Part shown: positions 54,901-64,000 of the stretch, piece after piece
How positions within the stretch are numbered: position 1 is the first letter of the stretch
Layout of the letters: each line of letters starts with the position of its first letter
DNA from: the human T2T-CHM13v2.0 reference genome, Homo sapiens
Assembly: GCF_009914755.1 (NCBI RefSeq)
Contig: NC_060948.1
Strand: one strand, 5' to 3'
Length of the DNA stretch: 64,000 bases
Notes under the pieces: model-generated
What the model was told of the DNA's origin: nothing
The model's database searches: none
The model's input: only the letters and a program-made list of their open reading frames with translations
Made by a program: the position numbers and the translations under genes

Positions 54901-57900
54901 TGGAAGGTACTCGAATGGATTCGACTGGAATGGAATGTTCTGGAAGTGAATGGACTCCAATGGAATGGATTCGAAAGGAATGGAATCGAACGGAATGGAT
55001 TCTAATGGAATGGAATTAAATGGAAATGAATCAAATTGAATAGCACGGAATTGAATTGAATGGAATCGAATGCAATGGAATCTAATGAAACGGAAAGGAA
55101 AGAATGGAATGGAATAGAATGGGCTGGAATGGAAAGGAATCGAAACGAATGGAATGGAATCGAACTGAAGAGACTGGAATGGAATGCACTGGAATGGAAG
55201 GGAGTGTAATGGAAGGTTCTCGAAAAAAATGGAATCGAATGGAATGGAATTGAATGGAAAAGAATAGAGTCGAACGGAATTGAATGGAATGGAATGGACT
55301 AGAGTGAAATGGAATCGAACCACAAGGAATGGACTGGAATAGAATGGTCTCGAATTGAATGGAATCGTATGGAATGGCATCAAACGGAATGGAATGGACA
55401 GCCACGGAATGGAATGCACTCGAATGCAATGGAGTCGAAACTAATGGACTGGAATAGAATGGACTCGACTGGTACGGACTCCAATGGAATGGAATCGAAT
55501 GGAAGGGAATCGAACGGAAGGGAATCGGACGGAATGGACTCGAAGAGAAAAGACTGCAATGGAAAGGTCTCGAATGGAATGGAAATTAATGGAATGGAAT
55601 GGAATCGAATGAAATGGAGTCAAAAGGAATGGAATCGAATGGCAAGAAATCGAATGTAATGGAATCGCAAGGAATTGATGTGAACGGAACGGAATGGAAT
55701 GGAATCCAAAGGAATGGAATAGAATGGAATGGAATCGAATGGAAAGGACTCCAATGGAAATCACTCGAATAGAATGCAATTTAATAAAATAGGATCAAAT
55801 GTAATGGAATGGAATGGAAAGGAATCGAAACGAAAGGAATGGAGACAGATGGAATGGAATGGAACAGAGAGCAATGGTATAGAATGGAATGGAATCATCT
55901 GGAATGGAATTGAATGGAATGGAATAATATGAAATGGAATGGAATGGAATGGAATGGAATGCCCTTGAATTAAATGGACTGGAATGGAATGGACTCAAAC
56001 AGAGTGGAATGGAAAGTGTTGAGATAGAATGGAATGAACTTCTTTGGAATGGTCTAGTAGGCAATGCAATCGATTGGCAGGGAATCAAAAGGAATGTAAT
56101 CGAATGGATTGGACTGGAATGCAATGGACTCGAATAGATTGGAAACGGAATGCAAAGGAATGGAATGGAATAGTATGGAATGGAATGGAAAGGAATGGAG
56201 TGGAATAGACTAGAGTGGAATGGAATGGACTGGAAAGCAATGGACTGGAATGGAACTTTCTTGAATGGACTGGAATCAAACGGAATGGAATGCAATGCAA
56301 TCAAATGGCATGGAATAAAATAGAATGAAAGAGAATCAAATGGAATTGAATCGAATGGAATCGAATGGATTGGAAAGGAATAGAATGGAATGGAATGGAA
56401 TGGACTCAAATGGAATGGACTAGAATGGAATGGATTCGAATGGAAGGCAAAGGAATGGAATCTATTGGAATGGACTGTAATGGAATGGAATGGAAGGGAT
56501 TGGAATGGACTCGAATGGAATGGACTGCAATAGAAAGGATTCGAATGGAATGAAAAAGAATTGAATGGAATAGAACAGAATGGAAACAAATCGAATGAAA
56601 TGGAATGGAATAGAAAGGAATGGAATGAAATGGAATGGAAAGGATTCGAATGGAATGCAATCGAATGGAATGGAATCGAACGGAATGGAATAAAATGGAA
56701 GAAAACTGGCAAGAAATGGAATCGAAATGAATGGAGTGTTATGGAACGGACTCAAAAGGAATTGAATGTAATAGAATGGAGTGGAGTGGACTCGAATATA
56801 ATGGACTGGAATGGAATGAAATCACATGGAATGGGAACGAATGGAATGGAATGGAAAGGAATGGAATCGAATGGAAAGGAATCGAATGGAAGGGAATGAA
56901 ATTGAATCAACAGGAATGGAAGGGAATAGAATAGACGGTAATGGAATGGACTCGAATAGAATGGACACGAATGCTCAAATTGAATGGACTCGAATGGAAT
57001 GGAAACGAAAGGAATGTCATCGAATGGAATTGAATCGATTGGAATGAAATCGCATAGAATGGAGTGGAATCAAATGGAATTGAATCGAAAGGAAAGGAAG
57101 CGAATGGACTGAAATGAAATGGAATGGAATTGAATGGAAAGTAATGCAATGGAATAGAATGGAACGAAATTTCACGGAATGGAATCAAACTGAATGGAAT
57201 CAAATCAATGGAATCAAATCAAATGGAATGGAAAGGAATTGAATGGAGTAGATTGGATTGGATGGGATTGGAATGAAATGTACTGGAAAGGACTCGAATT
57301 TCATGAAACGGAATGGAATGAATTGGAACGGAATGGACTCGAATGGAATGGAATGTCATGGAATGGCATCAAATGGAATGGCATCAAATGGAATGGAATC
57401 GAATGCAATGGAATGCTATGGAATGGAATGGAATGCATTGGAATGGAATGTCCTCTAATGGAATGGATTCGAGTGGAATGGAATCGAATATAATGGAGTC
57501 GAATGAAATGGAATTGAAAGGAATGGGATCGAATACAATGGAATATACTGGAATGTAATGTAATGAACTCGAATGTAATTGACTGGAATGGAATGTAATC
57601 GAATGGAAAGTAATCCAATGGAATAGAATCTAATGCAATAAAATCGACTCAGATAGAGTAGAATGTAATGGAATGGAGTGCAGTGCAATGGAATGGAATG
57701 GAATGGAATGCAATGGAATGGAATGGAATGGAATGGAATGGAATGTAATGGAATGGAATGGGATGGAATGGTATGGAATGGATAGTAATGGACTGGAATG
57801 AAATGGACTGGAAAAAATGGACTCAAATTGAAAGGGCTCGAAAGGAATGGAGTCAAATGGAATGGTCTGGAAAGGAATGAACACGAATGTAATGCAATCC

Positions 57901-60900
57901 AATAGAATGGAATCAAATGGCATGGAATATAAAGAAATGGAATCGAAGAGAATGGAAACAAATGGAATGGAATTGAATGGAATGGAATTGAATGGAATGG
58001 GAACGAATGGAGTGAAATTGTATGTAGTAGAAGAGAATAGAATGGAATGCAAGCGAAAGGAAAGGAATGGATTGGAATGGAATGGAATTCATTGGAATGG
58101 AAGGGAATGTAGTGTAATGGACAGGCCTGGAATAAAGTGGAATGCTACGGTCTCGAATGGAATAAAAATGTATGGAATGGAATGCAATGAAACGGAATCG
58201 AATGTCATAGAATGTAATGGAATGCAAAAAAATGGAATCCAAAATCATTGACTGGAAAGGCTGGGTGTCGAAAGGAATTGACTCCAATGGAATGGAATCG
58301 AATGGAATGGAAGTGAATAGAATCGAACTAAATCGAATGGAATGGAATTGATAGGAACGGAATGGAAAGGAATGCAATGATTTGGCATGGAATGGAATCG
58401 AATGGCATCGAATGGAATGGAATGGAATGCAATGGAATGGAATGTATTAGAATGTAATGAACTTTAATGGAATGTACTCGAATGGATTCGACTGGAATGG
58501 AATGTTCTGGAAGTGAATGGACTCCAATGGAATGGATTCAAAAGGAATGGAATCGTACGGAATGGAATCTAATGGAATGGAATTAAATGGAAATGAATCA
58601 AATTGAATAGCACGGAATTGAATTGAATGGAAAGGAATGCAATGGAATCTAATGAAACGGAAAGGAAAGGAATGGAATGGAATGGAATGGACTGGAATGG
58701 AAAGGAATCGAAACGAATGGAATGGAATCGAACTGAAGAGACTGGAATGGAATGCACTGGAATGGAAGGGAGTGTAATGGAAGGTTCTCGAAAAAAATGG
58801 AATCGAATGGAATGGAATTGAATGGAACGGAATAGAGTCGAATGGAATTGAATGGAATGGAATGGACTAGAGTGAAATGGAATCGAACCACAAGGAATGG
58901 ACAGGAATAGAATGGTCTCGAATTGAATGGAATCGTATGGAATGGCATCAAACGGAATGGAATGGACAGCCACGGAATGGAATGCACTCGAATGCAATGG
59001 AGTCGAAACTAATGGACTGGAATAGAATGGACTCGACTGGTACGGACTCCAATGGAATGGAATCGAATGGAAGGGAATCGAACGGAATGGAATCGAACGG
59101 AATGGACTCGAAGGGAAAAGACTGCAATGGAAAGGTCTCGAATGGAATGGAAATTAATGGAATGGAATGGAATCGAATGAAATGGAGTCAAAAGGAATGG
59201 AATCGAATGGCAAGAAATCGAATGTAATGGAATCGCAAGGAATTGATGTGAACGGAACGGAATGGAATGGAATCCAAAGGAATGGAATAGAATGGAATGG
59301 AATCGAATGGAAAGGACTCCAATGGAAATCACTCGAATAGAATGCAATTTAATAAAATAGGATCAAATGTAATGGAATGGAATGGAAAGGAATCGAAACG
59401 AAAGGAATGGAGACAGATGGAATGGAATGGAACAGAGAGCAATGGTATAGAATGGAATGGAATCATCTGGAATGGAATTGAATGGAATGGAATAATATGA
59501 AATGGAATGGAATGGAATGGAATGGAATGCCCTTGAATTAAATGGACTGGAATGGAATGGACTCAAACAGAGTGGAATGGAAAGTGTTGAGATAGAATGG
59601 AATGAACTTCTTTGGAATGGTCTAGTAGGCAATGCAATCGACTGGCAGGGAATCAAAAGGAATGTAATCGAATAGATTGGACTGGAATGCAATGGACTCG
59701 AATAGATTGGAAACGGAATGCAAAGGAATGGAATGGAATAGTATGGAATGGAATGGAAAGGAATGGAGTGGAATAGACTAGAGTGGAATGGAATGGACTG
59801 GAAAGCAATGGACTGGAATGGAACTTTCTTGAATGGACTGGAATCAAACGGAATGGAATGCAATGCAATCAAATGGCATGGAATAAAATAGAATGAAAGA
59901 GAATCAAATGGAATTGAATCGAATGGAATCGAATGGATTGGAAAGGAATAGAATGGAATGGAATGGAATTGACTCAAATGGAATGGACTAGAATGGAATG
60001 GATTCGAATGGAAGGCAAAGGAATGGAATCTATTGGAATGGACTGTAATGGAATGGAATGGAAGGGATTGGAATGGACTCGAATGGAATGGACTGCAATA
60101 GAAAGGATTCGAATGGAATGAAAAAGAATTGAATGGAATAGAACAGAATGGAATCTAATCGAATGAAATGGAATGGAATAGAAAGGAATGGAATGAAATG
60201 GAATGAAAAGGATTCGAATGGAATGCAATCGAATGGAATGGAATCGAACGGAATGGAATAAAATGGAAGAAAACTGGCAAGAAATGGAATCGAAATGAAT
60301 GGAGTGTTATGGAACGGACTCAAAAGGAATTGAATGTAATAGAATGGAGTGGAGTGGACTCGAATATAATGGACTGGAATGGAATGAAATCACATGGAAT
60401 GGGAACGAATGGAATGGAATGGAAAGGAATGGAATCGAATGGAAAGGAATCGAATGGAAGGGAATGAAATTGAATCAACAGGAATGGAAGGGAATAGAAT
60501 AGACGGTAATGGAATGGACTCGAATAGAATGGACACGAATGCTCAAATTGAATGGACTCGAATGGAATGGAAACGAAAGGAATGTCATCGAATGGAATTG
60601 AATCGATTGGAATGAAATCGCATAGAATGGAGTGGAATCAAATGGAATTGAATCGAAAGGAAAGGAAGCGAATGGACTGAAATGAAATGGAATGGAATTG
60701 AATGGAAAGTAATGCAATGGAATAGAATGGAACGAAATTTCACGGAATGGAATCAAACTGAATGGAATCAAATCAATGGAATCAAATCAAATGGAATGGA
60801 AAGGAATTGAATGGAGTAGATTGGATTGGATGGGATTGGAATGAAATGTACTGGAAAGGACTCGAATTTCATGAAACGGAATGGAATGAATTGGAACGGA

Positions 60901-63900
60901 ATGGACTCGAATGGAATGGAATGTCATGGAATGGCATCAAATGGAATGGCATCAAATGGAATGGAATCGAATGCAATGGAATGCTATGGAATGGAATGGA
61001 ATGCATTGGAATGGAATGTCCTCTAATGGAATGGATTCGAGTGGAATGGAATCGAATATAATGGAGTCGAATGAAATGGAATTGAAAGGAATGGGATCGA
61101 ATACAATGGAATATACTGGAATGTAATGTAATGAACTCGAATGTAATTGGCTGGAATGGAATGTAATCGAATGGAAAGTAATCCAATGGAATAGAATCTA
61201 ATGCAATAAAATCGACTCAGATAGAGTAGAATGTAATGGAATGGAGTGCAGTGCAATGGAATGGAATGGAATGGAATGCAATGGAATGGAATGGAATGGA
61301 ATGGAATGGAATGGAATGGAATGGAATGGGATGGAATGGTATGGAATGGATAGTAATGGACTGGAATGAAATGGACTGGAAAAGAATGGACTCAAATTGA
61401 AAGGGCTCGAAAGGAATGGAGTCAAATGGAATGGTCTGGAAAGGAATGAACACGAATGTAATGCAATCCAATAGAATGGAATCAAATGGCATGGAATATA
61501 AAGAAATGGAATCGAAGAGAATGGAAACAAATGGAATGGAATTGAATGGAATGGAATTGAATGGAATGGGAACGAATGGAGTGAAATTGTATGTAGTAGA
61601 AGAGAATAGAATGGAATGCAAGCGAAAGGAAAGGAATGGATTGGAATGGAATGGAATTCATTGGAATGGAAGGGAATGTAGTGTAATGGACAGGCCTGGA
61701 ATAAAGTGGAATGCTACGGTCTCGAATGGAATAAAAATGTATGGAATGGAATGCAATGAAACGGAATCGAATGTCATAGAATGTAATGGAATGCAAAAAA
61801 ATGGAATCCAAAATCATTGACTGGAAAGGCTGGGTGTCGAAAGGAATTGACTCCAATGGAATGGAATCGAATGGAATGGAAGTGAATAGAATCGAACTAA
61901 ATCGAACGGAATGGAATTGATAGGAACGGAATGGAAAGGAATGCAATGATTTGGCAGGGAATGGAATCGAATGGCATCGAATGGAATGGAATGGAATGCA
62001 ATGGAATGGAATGTATTAGAATGTAATGAACTTTAATGGAATGTACTCGAATGGATTCGACTGGAATGGAATGTTCTGGAAGTGAATGGACTCCAATGGA
62101 ATGGATTCAAAAGGAATGGAATCGTACGGAATGGAATCTAATGGAATGGAATTAAATGGAAATGAATCAAATTGAATAGCACGGAATTGAATTGAATGGA
62201 AAGGAATGCAATGGAATCTAATGAAACGGAAAGGAAAGGAATGGAATGGAATGGAATGGACTGGAATGGAAAGGAATCGAAACGAATGGAATGGAATCGA
62301 ACTGAAGAGACTGGAATGGAATGCACTGGAATGGAAGGGAGTGTAATGGAAGGTTCTCGAAAAAAATGGAATCGAATGGAATGGAATTGAATGGAACGGA
62401 ATAGAGTCGAATGGAATTGAATGGAATGGAATGGACTAGAGTGAAATGGAATCGAACCACAAGGAATGGACAGGAATAGAATGGTCTCGAATTGAATGGA
62501 ATCGTATGGAATGGCATCAAACGGAATGGAATGGACAGCCACGGAATGGAATGCACTCGAATGCAATGGAGTCGAAACTAATGGACTGGAATAGAATGGA
62601 CTCGACTGGTACGGACTCCAATGGAATGGAATCGAATGGAAGGGAATCGAACGGAAGGGAATCGAACGGAATGGACTCGAAGGGAAAAGACTGCAATGGA
62701 AAGGTCTCGAATGGAATGGAAATTAATGGAATGGAATGGAATCGAATGAAATGGAGTCAAAAGGAATGGAATCGAATGGCAAGAAATCGAATGTAATGGA
62801 ATCGCAAGGAATTGATGTGAACGGAACGGAATGGAATGGAATCCAAAGGAATGGAATAGAATGGAATGGAATCGAATGGAAAGGACTCCAATGGAAATCA
62901 CTCGAATAGAATGCAATTTAATAAAATAGGATCAAATGTAATGGAATGGAATGGAAAGGAATCGAAACGAAAGGAATGGAGACAGATGGAATGGAATGGA
63001 ACAGAGAGCAATGGTATAGAATGGAATGGAATCATCTGGAATGGAATTGAATGGAATGGAATAATATGAAATGGAATGGAATGGAATGGAATGGAATGCC
63101 CTTGAATTAAATGGACTGGAATGGAATGGACTCAAACAGAGTGGAATGGAAAGTGTTGAGATAGAATGGAATGAACTTCTTTGGAATGGTCTAGTAGGCA
63201 ATGCAATCGACTGGCAGGGAATCAAAAGGAATGTAATCGAATAGATTGGACTGGAATGCAATGGACTCGAATAGATTGGAAACGGAATGCAAAGGAATGG
63301 AATGGAATAGTATGGAATGGAATGGAAAGGAATGGAGTGGAATAGACTAGAGTGGAATGGAATGGACTGGAAAGCAATGGACTGGAATGGAACTTTCTTG
63401 AATGGACTGGAATCAAACGGAATGGAATTCAATGCAATCAAATGGCATGGAATAAAATAGAATGAAAGAGAATCAAATGGAATTGAATCGAATGGAATCG
63501 AATGGATTGGAAAGGAATAGAATGGAATGGAATGGAATTGACTCAAATGGAATGGACTAGAATGGAATGGATTCGAATGGAAGGCAAAGGAATGGAATCT
63601 ATTGGAATGGACTGTAATGGAATGGAATGGAAGGGATTGGAATGGACTCGAATGGAATGGACTGCAATAGAAAGGATTCGAATGGAATGAAAAAGAATTG
63701 AATGGAATAGAACAGAATGGAATCTAATCGAATGAAATGGAATGGAATAGAAAGGAATGGGATGAAATGGAATGAAAAGGATTCGAATGGAATGCAATCG
63801 AATGGAATGGAATCGAACGGAATGGAATAAAATGGAAGAAAACTGGCAAGAAATGGAATCGAAATGAATGGAGTGTTATGGAACGGACTCAAAAGGAATT

Positions 63901-64000
63901 GAATGTAATAGAATGGAGTGGAGTGGACTCGAATATAATGGACTGGAATGGAATGAAATCACATGGAATGGGAACGAATGGAATGGAATGGAAAGGAATG
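42928..64000 (+). repeat. Run of full-length, more individually diverged DYZ1 monomers (3,542-3,584 bp) outside the 19.5 kb HOR
   Basis: HaeIII spacings 3584, 3574, 3542, 3567, 3569. No 2,671 bp unit. Many private substitutions (e.g. GTCCGCTAAT ~46760, TGAGGAGAAT ~47262, GATTATAATGTAG ~50372). Confidence 0.88.

Larger units (their letters stand above)
1..64000 (+). repeat. DYZ1: Human satellite 3 (GGAAT)n array, DYZ1 family (~3.56 kb HaeIII/EcoRI repeat of Yq12 heterochromatin); open at both window ends
   Basis: Seen: degenerate GGAAT pentamers (CGAAT, TGAAT, GCAAT, GGACT variants) throughout, all on the + strand. Landmark GGACAGGCCTGGAATAAAG recurs with GGCC at 1314, 4857, 7528, 11076, 13747, 17260, 20799, (24347 mutated), 27018, 30566, 33237, 36750, 40294, 43857, 47441, 51015, 54557, 58124, 61693. 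GAATTC lies ~39 bp upstream (first at 1275). Established: DYZ1 is a ~3.56 kb pentamer-derived unit cut once by HaeIII and EcoRI. Confidence 0.96.

Noticed and set aside
15-63892. Hundreds of ORFs of 60-319 aa on both strands (MEWNG- and IPFHS-rich)
   Set aside because: (GGAAT)n and (ATTCC)n have no stop codons in any frame and translate to exactly these 5-residue repeats. The ORFs overlap in several frames, change with every indel and show no domain-like content.
1-64000. CRISPR-like, telomeric or other repeat-spacer system
   Set aside because: No constant repeat with unique spacers, no cas-like genes and no TTAGGG arrays. Variable segments are diverged pentamers repeated in every monomer.
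1-64000. DYZ2/HSat1B block, Alu/L1 insertion or strand inversion as known elsewhere in Yq12
   Set aside because: No non-pentameric segment, poly(A) tail, target-site duplication or switch to ATTCC orientation was seen.
1-64000. Assignment to HSat2 or to chromosome 9/acrocentric HSat3
   Set aside because: Lacks the dominant CATTCGATTC/GATGATTC HSat2 pattern and the CAACCCGAGT motif typical of other HSat3 subfamilies. The ~3.56 kb single-HaeIII/EcoRI unit fits DYZ1.

Overview
The whole 64 kb window is one uninterrupted, single-orientation array of degenerate (GGAAT)n pentamers, i.e. human satellite 3. It is organised into ~3.5-3.6 kb units, each with one HaeIII/StuI site (AGGCCT) and one EcoRI site ~39 bp upstream. 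This architecture, plus matches to the classic Y1.1/Y1.2 sexing-primer sequences as I recall them, identifies it as the DYZ1 (HSat3) repeat of human Yq12 heterochromatin. I see no genes, RNA genes, transposons, DYZ2/Alu blocks or inversions. All listed ORFs are the MEWNG/IPFHS translations expected from a stop-poor pentamer. I found no new gene system; the interest lies in the array's internal structure. Spacings between the 19 homologous HaeIII positions are 3543, 2671, 3548, 2671, 3513, 3539 | 3548, 2671, 3548, 2671, 3513, 3544 | 3563, 3584, 3574, 3542, 3567, 3569. These reveal a near-identical ~19.49 kb six-monomer higher-order repeat (2.2 periods visible, ending at ~42.9 kb). It contains an older 6,219 bp dimer duplication, which carries a ~0.9 kb microhomology-flanked deletion monomer (2,671 bp). 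Mosaic full-length monomers and a recent single-monomer duplication follow. Every complete monomer also carries 2-3 perfect nGAAnnTTCnnGAAn heat-shock-element matches. All counts and differences were read by eye and need confirmation by alignment.
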